Shown: in pieces, positions 38,404 through 48,118 of the stretch
Layout of the letters: the number at the start of each line of letters is the position of its first letter
Position numbering within the stretch: the stretch's first letter is position 1
Assembly (NCBI GenBank): GCA_963836075.1
Contig: CAWIIB010000009.1
Location: forward strand, 3,392,001-3,456,000
DNA length: 64,000 nucleotides
Reading direction: 5' to 3'
DNA from: an uncultured Acidobacteriota bacterium
GTDB lineage: Bacteria; Acidobacteriota; JAQAZP01
The notes under the pieces: generated by a model
What the model was told of the DNA's origin: nothing
What the model saw: only the letters and a program-made list of their open reading frames with translations
The model's database searches: none
Program-made: the position numbers and the translations under genes

Positions 38404-41400
38404 TCAACCGGTGATGGTCTCAGTTTCGCCGAGATAGCGGACCAGGCCGCCCCAGCGGTTGTCCGGCCGGAACCCCCGGGGGATGAAGAAACTGCGGTGG
38501 GAGAAGTGGGTCCGCACCACAGCCGTGCCCAGCTGGGCCATGCGGGTGCAGAAGTCCTCCAGCAGGGCTGAACGGATGCCGCGGCGGCGCAGTGAGGCCA
38601 TCACGGTGATCCCCTCCAGCTGCACCAGGCCGTCCTCCTCCACGCGATACCGTATCCCCCCCGCGATCCGGTCGTCACCGTCCAGCACCAGCAGGTGGCG
38701 GTCCAGCTCCGAGAGCTTGATCGGCAGCCCGCGTTTGAGGAACAGCCGGTAGAGCCGGCCGATCTCGCCGGGGCCCAGGGGCTCGCGCACGGCATAGGAC
38801 ACACCGTGCCGGTCGGTGATGTGCGAACTGACCACCAGTTGCTGATCACCGCCCACTTCGATGAGTTCCAGCGGCTGGTCCTGCCTGAGCAGCGGGAAGA
38901 CCAGCCGGCTGAAGACCAGCCGGTCGTCGTCGTTCTCCAGGGCCGCCTTCAACTCGGAGAGTTCCAGCAGCTGGGTGGGGTGCGCTCCGGGATGGTGGAA
39001 CATCGCTTCCAGCAGGACGCGGAACGCGTCCCGCAGACCGGGGGCGGCCTGCCGGAAATAGGTTTCGAGGAAGAGGGTGTAGCGGGCGATCTCGCCGTGC
39101 CGCCGCAGCCGGTAGTGACGGTGCATCTGGCCGGCCATCTGCTCCCGGGCGCCGGGAGTGACGCCGGGGTTCTGGGTCTCCCACTGCAGGTAGCGCTGGA
39201 TGGCGCAGCGCAGGGCCAGCGGCTGGTGATAGGCGCTCTTCAGCCGTTCCCGCTGCGCCCGCAGCCTTTGGACAATGCCCTCGTGGTCCCCGGGCGCCCG
39301 GTGCCGGGCCAGGTCGTTCTCCAGTTCCCCGAGAAATGCCGAGGCCTCTTCCACGCCCAGGGCCTCGATGCAGGATTCGAAGATCCAGCCCGGGTCCAGT
39401 TCGGCCCCGCACCAGGGGTAGTGGTGCGCCGTCTGCCGGTAGAACCAGCGGATCATCGGCGCCACCAGGGAGAGTGGACCGTCGTAGGGTTTCCAGCCGG
39501 CCAGGGAGAGGATCTGCCCGCCCTCGCGCCAGTCGTCCCGCGGCACCACCACGTTGCGCGGGCTCACGGTTCCCGGGACGATCTGGCGGCTGCTGTTGTT
39601 CCAGCCGGTGAAGAAGGTGGCCATGGCCCTGATGAACAGCGGCTCCCAGGACCTGCTCTCTCCCCGGGAGGCGTCGGCCCGGCCCTCGGCCAGTTCGTGG
39701 ATCGAGTTCCAGACCGTCTGTCCGCCCACGAAGGCCACGGAGAGCGCGCCCAGCGCCGGGCGGCAGCAGCCGAAGTGCGGCACCACCGGCACGCCGTGGG
39801 GATGGCCGTAGATGGCGATCAGCCAGAGGTTGGTCTGCCGCACCCGCGCCTGGTCGAAGTCGGGCCTGGCGCTGAGCAGCAGGTCGTAATGCCGGCCGCC
39901 ATCGGTGTTGACGCTGATCCGGTAGAGCCGCCGGGCGCCGCCGGCGCTGACCCGGGTGATCCAGATCCCGTCCCGGGGCACCTGGCCGATGTCGAAGCTG
40001 CTCTGCTGGGAGAAGGCCAGCATGATCGATTCCCTGAGGAAACTGGTGCCCACGAGGATCTTTTTCAGATGGTCGATCTCCTCCTCCGGGAGACCTTCCT
40101 GAAAGATGATCTTGCCCTCCCACTGCTCGGGACGGCCATCGCCTTCCGCCGCCAGGTGGGTCTCGAACCAGTCACCCAGCTCGCCGAAGATTTCTTCTGC
40201 CGCCGCCGCCAGCTCGGGATCGTCACGGTGCATGGCCCAGCTCACCAGCTCGGCGCGGACCGCACCGTAGTAGCGGGTGTTCTGCCGCACGAAGCGGGCC
40301 AGCAAGTGGAATACATCGGTGAACTGGCGGCGCACCGCCTGGCTGGCCGGCCAGGAGAGCCGCGTGCGGTAGGCGTAGAGCCGTTGCCGCAGGGCGTCCA
40401 GCCGCCGGGTGCCAAAGCCGCTGGCCGCGATGGCCGCCATACTCTCCTCGTTGAGGAAGGGCCGTCCCGATTCGAGAAAACTGGGCAGCAGTTGGCTGTA
40501 GTCCACCAGCGGTTCGTCCAGCAGCAATACCTTGTAGGCCTCGCAGCGCACCTCGTCGTCGGGGTGGCGGGCCAGGGCCTCCAGCCGCCGGCGGATCACC
40601 CGGGCCGTGCGGTAGCCCACCGTGCGCAGTTCACTCTCCAGCCGGCGCAGCGCGGCCAGTGCCTGCGGGCTGGAAGAGAAGAGCGCGGCGGCGCAGAGCG
40701 ACGAGGCCCGGGCCAGTTCGCCGCTCCCCTCGGATGCTTCGGCATCTCCGTTCCCGGCAGGGTTCTCCCGGCCGGCGGGCAGGAAGACCTGTTCGGCCAC
40801 CCCGTGGAGCGCGCGGTCCCAGCTCTCGCGGCAGGGGGCAAAGGCAGACAGTGAGGGGTTGGCGGCCCAGAGCTGGGGCTGGTGGGCGAAGAGGCCCAGG
40901 TCGATCTGATCCCCATTGACGGCATAGGCCAGATCACCCACCTGGACCAGGCCATTGCCGGGTTCGGCGGCCAGCGGGAGGAACGCCGACGTCCGCCGGT
41001 TGAGCAGTCCGCCGCTGGTGCTGACGATGTCGGTGAGCAGGATGCCCAGGTCGCGGTAGAACCAGCGGGGGATGCGGACGGTGTAGCGGTCCAGCTGCAG
41101 CTCGGCAAAGTCCTGCTCGTAGAGACTGTCGATCAGCCCGCTGAAGCCGGCCTCGATCACCTTGCGGCGGTAGGAGCCCTTGGGTGTCAGTTCCTGCCGG
41201 TCGGCCTCGAAATCGCGGTGCAGCACGGCGAAGTTCACCACCCGCTGGTACGGGGCCAGCTTGAGGTTGGCCGCGGCCACGATCTGGTGGAAGTACTCGA
41301 CGATCTCGTCCTCGGAGGGCAGGCCGGCGATCACCGGGTCCTCCCGGTCGGGGACGATGAGCAGCACGTTGTAGGTCCGGCCGTCGCCCACCAGGAAGGT

Positions 41401-42987
41401 CCGCTTGATCCCCGGCACCTCGGCGAACTGCTGTTCGGTCTGCCGCGGGGCCACCGTCTGTCCACGGCTGTTCTTGTAGATGTCCTTGATCCGGTCGACG
41501 ATCTCGTAGTAACCGCTGGGCCGGACCTGGAAGACGTCGCCGGTGGGCAGCCAGTATTCCTCGCCGGCCTGCGGTTCGGGGTCGTCGAGGTAGCGGGCGA
41601 TGTACTCGCCGGCCAGCTGCAGTTCGCCGCCCTCGCCCAGCCGGGTCTTCACGCCGGGGAGGGGAATGCCCACCGTGTCGTCCTCGTAGGCCCCGGGCGG
41701 GGTCATGGTGATGCCGCCGGTGGCTTCGGTCATCCCGAACCCGCAGCAGAGCTCCACCCCGGCGTCCTGGAAGAAGTGGAAGACCTGCGGGTCGAGGTAG
41801 CCGGCGGCGGAGAGGCCCCAGCGCAGGCGGCCGCCCACCGTGGAGCGCAGGGCCGCGGCTTTGGCCTCGGGGCTGCGGTCTTCGCCCAGCAGCGCCAGGC
41901 ACCGCTCGTGAAGCTGGGCCCAGCGGCGGGGGATGCTGATCAGCCCGGTGGGGTTCCAGCTGCTCATCCCGGCGGCCAGGGTCTGGATCGAGGGGTTCCG
42001 GGCAAAGACATAGGTCCCGCCCCAGAAGAGCATGCCCATCATCTCCAGGTAGCGGCCAAAGGTGTGGTAGAGCGGCAGGTAGCTGATCAGCCGCTCCTCC
42101 TCGCCCACGTCGGGCAGGGCCGCGGCCCGGGCAAAGCGTTTGGAGATCAGGTTGTAGGCGGTGAACAGCACACCCTTGGGCATCCCGGTGCTGCCCGAGG
42201 TGAACATGGCGGTGGCCGGCTCGTCCAGCCCCGGGGCGGTATGGCCCCGGAGGATTTCGGCCACCCGCGCGGCGCCCAGCCTGGTGGCCGCCTCCACCAG
42301 GCGGACGTCGTCCGGCCCGCCGGCACTGCAGCGGGGGTCCAGCTGCAGGATGCGAAACGGCTTCTTCGTCGAGCCGCGAACCGTCTCCAGCCGCGCCTGC
42401 AGCTCGGCGGAGTCGGTGACCGCGGTGTCGATGCCGATGCGGTCGAAGATCCAGGTCAGCACGTCGGCGGGGAAGTGGGGGCTCAGCGGCGAGACGAACA
42501 GGCCGTAGGTCAGGCAGGCCAGGTCGCAGCAGGCGGCGTCAAAGCCGTTGGCCCCGGTGAGGATGGCCACCCGCGGCGGTTCGTCCCGCCCCTCCAGCAG
42601 TGCCGCGGCCAGGTTGCGCAGCCGGCGGGTGGTTCCGGCGTAGGTCCAGCCCTGCTCCGCCTGGCGGCCCAGCTCGTGGAACAGGATCCGCTGCGGGTGG
42701 GCCGCCACCCGCTGCTCCAGCATGGTCTCCAGGGTGTAGCCTGAGAGCCGTATGGCCCGGAAAGCGGTTTCGGCCCAGCGCTCCCGTTCCTCCCGGCCAG
42801 GGAGGCTCTTCAGCCAGGGGGATCTGCGGGTCCAGTCGAGGTAGCGGTGCCAGAGCTCCGCTTCGCCCCGCTGGCCCTCGGGGCCGTCCAGCATTTCCTC
42901 GGCTGCCCGGAGCAGGGCCGGGCCGTTCTCCGGCGTGCTGGAGGCCTCGCAGGCCTCCACCATTCCGAGCAGCGCTTCACTGGTCAA
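38404..42987 (-). CDS. Multidomain protein: long-chain acyl-CoA synthetase-like AMP-binding domain, long unknown region and C-terminal GNAT acyltransferase
   Basis: Adenylation motifs FTSGSTGMPKG, SYLPLYHTFG, GFGMTE, LPTGD and DRIKD. C-terminal GNAT motifs EGITV..SLRRRGI.SALL and FFIPRGF. Confidence 0.8.
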   Translation of the reverse strand: MTSEALLGMVEACEASSTPENGPALLRAAEEMLDGPEGQRGEAELWHRYLDWTRRSPWLKSLPGREERERWAETAFRAIRLSGYTLETMLEQRVAAHPQRILFHELGRQAEQGWTYAGTTRRLRNLAAALLEGRDEPPRVAILTGANGFDAACCDLACLTYGLFVSPLSPHFPADVLTWIFDRIGIDTAVTDSAELQARLETVRGSTKKPFRILQLDPRCSAGGPDDVRLVEAATRLGAARVAEILRGHTAPGLDEPATAMFTSGSTGMPKGVLFTAYNLISKRFARAAALPDVGEEERLISYLPLYHTFGRYLEMMGMLFWGGTYVFARNPSIQTLAAGMSSWNPTGLISIPRRWAQLHERCLALLGEDRSPEAKAAALRSTVGGRLRWGLSAAGYLDPQVFHFFQDAGVELCCGFGMTEATGGITMTPPGAYEDDTVGIPLPGVKTRLGEGGELQLAGEYIARYLDDPEPQAGEEYWLPTGDVFQVRPSGYYEIVDRIKDIYKNSRGQTVAPRQTEQQFAEVPGIKRTFLVGDGRTYNVLLIVPDREDPVIAGLPSEDEIVEYFHQIVAAANLKLAPYQRVVNFAVLHRDFEADRQELTPKGSYRRKVIEAGFSGLIDSLYEQDFAELQLDRYTVRIPRWFYRDLGILLTDIVSTSGGLLNRRTSAFLPLAAEPGNGLVQVGDLAYAVNGDQIDLGLFAHQPQLWAANPSLSAFAPCRESWDRALHGVAEQVFLPAGRENPAGNGDAEASEGSGELARASSLCAAALFSSSPQALAALRRLESELRTVGYRTARVIRRRLEALARHPDDEVRCEAYKVLLLDEPLVDYSQLLPSFLESGRPFLNEESMAAIAASGFGTRRLDALRQRLYAYRTRLSWPASQAVRRQFTDVFHLLARFVRQNTRYYGAVRAELVSWAMHRDDPELAAAAEEIFGELGDWFETHLAAEGDGRPEQWEGKIIFQEGLPEEEIDHLKKILVGTSFLRESIMLAFSQQSSFDIGQVPRDGIWITRVSAGGARRLYRISVNTDGGRHYDLLLSARPDFDQARVRQTNLWLIAIYGHPHGVPVVPHFGCCRPALGALSVAFVGGQTVWNSIHELAEGRADASRGESRSWEPLFIRAMATFFTGWNNSSRQIVPGTVSPRNVVVPRDDWREGGQILSLAGWKPYDGPLSLVAPMIRWFYRQTAHHYPWCGAELDPGWIFESCIEALGVEEASAFLGELENDLARHRAPGDHEGIVQRLRAQRERLKSAYHQPLALRCAIQRYLQWETQNPGVTPGAREQMAGQMHRHYRLRRHGEIARYTLFLETYFRQAAPGLRDAFRVLLEAMFHHPGAHPTQLLELSELKAALENDDDRLVFSRLVFPLLRQDQPLELIEVGGDQQLVVSSHITDRHGVSYAVREPLGPGEIGRLYRLFLKRGLPIKLSELDRHLLVLDGDDRIAGGIRYRVEEDGLVQLEGITVMASLRRRGIRSALLEDFCTRMAQLGTAVVRTHFSHRSFFIPRGFRPDNRWGGLVRYLGETETITG

Positions 42988-43016
42988 GTGGTCCGCTCCG
43001 TTGGTGGTTCAGACGT

Positions 43017-44219
43017 TTACTGGCCCTTGAGCACCCGGTTGATCTCTTCCTGGGACGCCTGGTAGTCGGTCTTGCGGGTGAGGAAGATGATCGCCCCGAC
43101 GATGTTCAGCGTGATCGACACGAAATACCACATCAGGGAAGCGAGGATGGTCTTCGGTCCCACCCAGACACCGGAGGAGCGCAGGAACCCGGCAAAGGCG
43201 CCTTCACGCAGTCCGATGCCGGCAATGGAAGCCGGAATCATGGTGGCGATCTGGGTCAGCGGCCCGACGGTCATCACGCTGCCCAGGGAAAGGCCCTTGC
43301 GGATGAATGTCTCATCGCTGACCGCGTCCTGCAGTTCCACGCCCGAGGCCACCAGCCGCGACTCCTCATCCGGGGTGATAAAAATCTGGGCCATCCCGGT
43401 GGAGTCACCCGCTTCGTTCTTCTCCTCCATGAACTCCACGTGCATCCCGGCCAGCGTACCTTTCACATCGTCGCTCAGCTCCACCGCGGCCAGCCGGCCC
43501 TCCGGGCCCCTGGGCAGGTTCAAGGCCTGGCCGTTGGTGTAGAAGGTGGCGAAAAGCGAGGCGTAAACCAGGATGCCGAAGAAGACCGAGGCGAAGAGGG
43601 CGCCCTTGTTCCGGCGGTAGCGGTTGAAGGCTTCCACCGCGTTGTTGATGATGCCCTCGATCTTGCCCTTGGCCGGCAGGGGGAATTTGAGGATCAGCTG
43701 CAGCAGCGTCGGCTTCACCACCAGCACCGTGGTCACCAGCAGCAGGAAGCCGAAGAGGCCGAAAACGGCCACCAGAAATTTCATCGGCAGTGTGATGACA
43801 AAGAGGGAGAAGATCACCATCAGCGACAGGGCGAGGATGGTGAGGAACTTCTCCACCACCACCACCGAGACGCTCTCGGTGGGTTTCTTGGTGTAGCGGG
43901 CGATGTCATAGGCCTTGTAGGCTTCGAGGCCCACCCCGGTGGGGGTGAAGGTGCCGAGAAAGCGCCCCACCAGGTAGGTTTTGGTCAGGTGGCCGCCGGG
44001 GACGTTGAGGTTCTGCGGCGTGAGCAGTACCCGCCAGCGCATGATGGAAAAGAAGATGGCGGCTGCCTGGGTCAGCAGCGATGCGCCCCACCAGGCGGGG
44101 CTGGAGGTCTTCAGCGCAGTGGTGATGTCGGACATATTGATCTGGAACTTCTTGAAGATCAGGAAGAGGATGATGGCGGTGACCGCCACCTTTACGACGT
44201 TGACAATGATTTTTTTCAT
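43017..44219 (-). CDS. Lysylphosphatidylglycerol synthase TM-like (UPF0104) flippase-family membrane protein
   Basis: Motifs MRWRVLL, YLVGRFLGTFTPTGVG, VVVEKFL and IPASIAGIGLREGA, with multiple TM helices. Confidence 0.8.
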   Translation of the reverse strand: MKKIIVNVVKVAVTAIILFLIFKKFQINMSDITTALKTSSPAWWGASLLTQAAAIFFSIMRWRVLLTPQNLNVPGGHLTKTYLVGRFLGTFTPTGVGLEAYKAYDIARYTKKPTESVSVVVVEKFLTILALSLMVIFSLFVITLPMKFLVAVFGLFGFLLLVTTVLVVKPTLLQLILKFPLPAKGKIEGIINNAVEAFNRYRRNKGALFASVFFGILVYASLFATFYTNGQALNLPRGPEGRLAAVELSDDVKGTLAGMHVEFMEEKNEAGDSTGMAQIFITPDEESRLVASGVELQDAVSDETFIRKGLSLGSVMTVGPLTQIATMIPASIAGIGLREGAFAGFLRSSGVWVGPKTILASLMWYFVSITLNIVGAIIFLTRKTDYQASQEEINRVLKGQ

Positions 44220-44380
44220 CTGTTGTGCATTCCTTTATTCAGTACCTGCCCCCAAAAATGCTCCATCCGATCCGGCACGCGGCCGGCCCCCGGGACATGT
44301 GGGTTGAGATCCGGCCGGGGGGAGGGGCGGTTCCCGACGGGAAACCGAAAATAGCAAAAGGGTGTTGACCTGTCAAATAT

Positions 44381-44566
44381 GGGGACAGCTACCATCTCCA
44401 TCAAATTGCTGACTCACAACGAGATGAAAATGGCCGGGACAGTTACCTGATCCAGCGGCCGTGCCGCGGCCGTAGTGTTGTGCAGGCGAAGGGGAGGGAG
44501 GTAACTGTCCCGCTCCCTGGCAACCTCAACAATTCGGAGAGGATGGGGAGAGAGGTAGCTGTCCCC
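44381..44566. repeat. Nested inverted repeats (REPIN-like)
   Basis: GGGGACAGCTACC (44381-44393) pairs with GGTAGCTGTCCCC (44554-44566). CGGGACAGTTACCT (44435-44448) pairs with AGGTAACTGTCCCG (44499-44512). Confidence 0.8.
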
Positions 44567-44706
44567 GTTCCCGGTGACCATTCCGTGACACACCGTGACT
44601 TTTCTATGACACAAGTAGGGATTGTGGGCTTTAATATGGGCGGGTGCCGTACGGCTCCGCGATTCTCACGGGGAACCGGCCGCACCGAACCGGAGGAAAA
44701 CCACGG

Positions 44707-45750
44707 ATGATGAATGGAAGAGAAAGAATGATCGCCGCCTGCCGGGGTGAGGCTGTGGACCGGCCGCCGGTCTGGCTCATGCGGCAGGCTGGACGGCACC
44801 TGCCGGAATACAACGAGCTTCGTGGTGCACACAGCTTCTGGGAGATGGTGCGCACACCGGAGCTGGCCGCGGAGGTCACCCTGCAGCCGGTGCGCCGTTA
44901 CGGGATGGATGCGGCAGTGGTGTTCAGCGACATCCTGATCGTCCTCGAGGCCATGGGCGCCGAGGTGCGCTTTGAAACCGGGGGGCCGGTGCTCGCCGAA
45001 CCGGTACGTTCACGTCAGGCCCTGGACCGCCTGCGGCCGGTGGACGCTGAATCGGCTTTTGACTATCTGGACCAGGCTCTGCGCATCCTCTGCCGTGAGC
45101 TGCATCCCGAAACCGCGGTGATCGGTTTTGCCGGGGCGCCGTTTACCCTGGCCGCCTACCTGGTGGAGGGACGGTCGAGCAGGGACGTGCGCAACCTCAA
45201 GGCGCTGGCATACAACGACCCGCAGCTGGCCCGGGACGTCCTGACCCGCCTTGCTGAAGTGGTGAGCGACCTGCTGCTGCTGCAGGTGCGGGCCGGAGCC
45301 GACGTGGTCCAGCTTTTCGACACCTGGGCCGGCTATCTCTCACCCGAGGATTACGAGACGCTGTCCCTGCCCTACAACCGGATGATCGTGGCCCGTCTGC
45401 AGCAGGCCGGGGTGCCGGTCATCCTCTACCTGCGCAACGCCGCCGGCCACCTGGAGGCGGCAGCCACCACCGGGTGCCAGGTCATTTCCGTGGACTCCAG
45501 CCTCCGTCTGGCCGATGCCCGCCGGAGACTTCCCGCGTCGGTGGGTCTGCAGGGCAACCTCGACCCGGCGGAACTGCTGGGGCCCCCGGAACGGATCCGT
45601 CAACGGGTCCGCTCACTGATCGAGGATGCGGCCGGCGGCGGCTATGTGGTCAACCTCGGACAGGGAGTCACGCCGGACGTGCCCATCGCCGGAGTGGAGG
45701 CACTGGTCTCGGCGGTGAAGGAGGGGGTTGGATGTCCGGTGCTGAACTGA
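44707..45750 (+). CDS. hemE: Uroporphyrinogen decarboxylase
   Basis: Motifs PVWLMRQAGR, DAAVVFSDIL, IGFAGAPFTLAAY, QLFDTWAG and LQGNLDP. Confidence 0.95.
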   Translation: MMNGRERMIAACRGEAVDRPPVWLMRQAGRHLPEYNELRGAHSFWEMVRTPELAAEVTLQPVRRYGMDAAVVFSDILIVLEAMGAEVRFETGGPVLAEPVRSRQALDRLRPVDAESAFDYLDQALRILCRELHPETAVIGFAGAPFTLAAYLVEGRSSRDVRNLKALAYNDPQLARDVLTRLAEVVSDLLLLQVRAGADVVQLFDTWAGYLSPEDYETLSLPYNRMIVARLQQAGVPVILYLRNAAGHLEAAATTGCQVISVDSSLRLADARRRLPASVGLQGNLDPAELLGPPERIRQRVRSLIEDAAGGGYVVNLGQGVTPDVPIAGVEALVSAVKEGVGCPVLN

Positions 45751-47120
45751 AGAGCGTCGATCCCCGGTTGCGGGAAAAATACGACGTGCGCGGGCCGCGC
45801 TACACCAGCTATCCGGCGGCCCCCCATTTCCATGAGATCGACATCGCGGCTCTCGGTGCCCGCTGGCGGGCGAGGCAGGACCTCGATCCGGACCCCGGAC
45901 TGTCCCTCTATCTCCACATCCCGTTCTGCAACCAGCGCTGTCTCTTCTGCGGCTGCCACACCCTGGGCCGGCGCAGCGTGGAAACCGTTCGCTCCTATCT
46001 CGACGCGTTGATCAGCGAGATGTCCCTGGCGGCGGAAGCGGCCGGTGCCCACCGGCCGGTGCGCCAGGTGGCCCTGGGTGGCGGGACGCCGAACTTCATG
46101 ACCGTGGAACAGACCCGCCAGCTGCTCAACGCCCTGACGTCCACCTGGTCGGTGGACCGGGGCGCCGAACTCTCGGTGGAAGTGGATCCCCGCACTGCCA
46201 CCCTGAACAAACTGGACGTTTTTCTCGATCACGGGTTCAACCGTTTCTCCCTCGGCGTGGAGGACTTTGCCGCCCCGGTGCTCCAGGCGGTGAACCGCGA
46301 CCAGGAACTGATCCAGGTGGAGGAGGTGGTGCGCTACCTCCGCAGCCGGGGCTGCCAGGCGATCAACTTCGACCTGATCTACGGCCTGCCGCGGCAGACT
46401 CTCGAATCGGCTGAGCAGACCACCCGGCGGACCCTGGCCCTCCGCCCGTCCCGGATCGCACTCTACAGCTATGCGCACGTGCCCTGGATTCACCCGCACC
46501 AGCGGGTTCTGGAGAAGCGGGCTCTTCCCGACGCCGAGATGAAGAGCCGCATTTTCATGCGGATGTCCGAAAGCTTTCTGGAGGCGGGCTACCTCCAGGT
46601 GGGGATGGACCATTTCGCCCTGCCGGGGGATGAGCTGGTGACGGCCCTGGAGCAGCGGACGCTGCGCCGGACCTTCATGGGCTACACCACCGGGCGGGGC
46701 CTGGACGTGGTGGGCCTGGGCCTTTCGGCCATCTCCGGGGTGGGGTCGACCTATTCCCAGAACGCCAAGGGAATGGATTCCTACCTGGAGCAGGTGACCG
46801 CCGGCCGGCTGCCGGTGGAGCGGGGCTACCTGCTGGACCGGGACGACGAGATCCGGCGCGAGCTGCTGCTGGAGCTGTTCTGCACCTTTCACGCCGACCT
46901 GGAAGCCCTTTCCCGGCGGTTCGGCATCGAGGCCGCGGACTATTTCGCCGAGGATTTCCAGCGTCTTGCTCCGTTGGGCGATGACGGGCTGGTGGCCTGG
47001 GACAGCGAGGCGATCCGGGTCAGCGAAGCCGGTCAATTCTTCATCCGCAACATCTGCATGGTCTTCGACCGCCACCTGGAGAGCGGTGCGGCCCGGCAGA
47101 CATATTCAAGGACGGTCTGA
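45732..47120 (+). CDS. hemN: Oxygen-independent coproporphyrinogen III oxidase (radical SAM)
   Basis: Motifs GPRYTSYP, SLYLHIPFCNQRCLFCGC, GGGTPN, NFDLIYGLP, YAHVPW and GMDHFA. Confidence 0.95.
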   Translation: MSGAELKSVDPRLREKYDVRGPRYTSYPAAPHFHEIDIAALGARWRARQDLDPDPGLSLYLHIPFCNQRCLFCGCHTLGRRSVETVRSYLDALISEMSLAAEAAGAHRPVRQVALGGGTPNFMTVEQTRQLLNALTSTWSVDRGAELSVEVDPRTATLNKLDVFLDHGFNRFSLGVEDFAAPVLQAVNRDQELIQVEEVVRYLRSRGCQAINFDLIYGLPRQTLESAEQTTRRTLALRPSRIALYSYAHVPWIHPHQRVLEKRALPDAEMKSRIFMRMSESFLEAGYLQVGMDHFALPGDELVTALEQRTLRRTFMGYTTGRGLDVVGLGLSAISGVGSTYSQNAKGMDSYLEQVTAGRLPVERGYLLDRDDEIRRELLLELFCTFHADLEALSRRFGIEAADYFAEDFQRLAPLGDDGLVAWDSEAIRVSEAGQFFIRNICMVFDRHLESGAARQTYSRTV

Positions 47121-48118
47121 TGCAAGTGGCAGCCCTAGATCAGCCCATCGGAGTGGCCCTGCTCAACATGGGCGGTCCGGCCACGGTGGACGAGATCCGT
47201 CCCTTCCTCACCCGGCTCTTCTCCGATGCGGTGATGCTGCCGCTGCCCGCGCCGCTGCGCCAGCTGCTGGCCCGGTTCATTGCCTGGCGCCGCTCGCCCA
47301 GGGTGGCCGGGCGCTACCAGGCCATCGGCGGCGGCAGTCCGGTGGGGCCGCAGACGGCCAGGCAGGTCGCGGCGCTCCAGCAGCGGCTGGGGGATGGCTT
47401 TGCGGTGCGCCACGTCTTCCGCTACAGCGATCCCGGCCCCGCTGCGGTGCTGCACCAGTTGATCAGCAAGGGGGTCACCCGGCTGGTGGCTCTGCCGGCC
47501 TATCCCCAGTGGTCCTCCACCACTTCCGGTTCATCGGTGGAGCACCTGGGCCGCGCTGCCCGCCGGCTGGGGGTGGAGTGGCTGGAGACCCCGCCCTATC
47601 CGGTGGGGGAGGGTTTTGTCAAATCGCTGGCCGCGGGCATCCGGCCTCTACTGGACGGTGCGGACCACCTGTTGTTCACCGCCCACGGTTTGCCCCGCCG
47701 GGTGGTGGAGCGGGGTGACCCGTATGTGGCGCAGGTGGAACAGACGGTTGCGGCGCTGGGTCGCCAGGTTCCGCATAACGTGCCCCGGTCGCTGGCCTAC
47801 CAGAGCCGGCTGGGCCCGGTGGAGTGGGTGGGGCCGCACATCGATGATGAAATCAGGAGGCTTGCCGAAGCCGGGGTGCGCCGGCTGGTGGCGGCCCCGG
47901 TGACCTTTGCCTGCGAGAACCTGGAGACCATGTGGGACCTCGACCGCGAGATGGCGGAACTGGCCGGGCAGTGCGGCATTGTGGACTACCGGCGGGCACC
48001 GGCGCCCGGCACGGATCCGTTTTTTATCGAGCAGCTGGCGCAGCTGGTCCTCGACCGGAGCCGGGGGGCCGGCTGGCTCCCCGGATCGGGAACCGTGGAG
48101 ATAGACGATGAAGCATGA
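47120..48118 (+). CDS. hemH: Ferrochelatase
   Basis: Motifs LLNMGGP, YQAIGGGSP, YPQWS.TTSGS, FTAHGLP, YQSRLGP.EW.GP and ENLET. Confidence 0.93.
   Translation: MQVAALDQPIGVALLNMGGPATVDEIRPFLTRLFSDAVMLPLPAPLRQLLARFIAWRRSPRVAGRYQAIGGGSPVGPQTARQVAALQQRLGDGFAVRHVFRYSDPGPAAVLHQLISKGVTRLVALPAYPQWSSTTSGSSVEHLGRAARRLGVEWLETPPYPVGEGFVKSLAAGIRPLLDGADHLLFTAHGLPRRVVERGDPYVAQVEQTVAALGRQVPHNVPRSLAYQSRLGPVEWVGPHIDDEIRRLAEAGVRRLVAAPVTFACENLETMWDLDREMAELAGQCGIVDYRRAPAPGTDPFFIEQLAQLVLDRSRGAGWLPGSGTVEIDDEA

Noticed and set aside
44365-44376. TTGAC-N2-GTCAA palindrome as an FNR-like operator
   Set aside because: The spacer is 2 nt rather than the 4 nt of TTGAT-N4-ATCAA, and a single short occurrence is insufficient.
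44381-44566. Repeats as a mini-CRISPR or riboswitch
   Set aside because: The units are only 12-14 bp, in mixed orientation and irregularly spaced, and no known riboswitch consensus was recognised.
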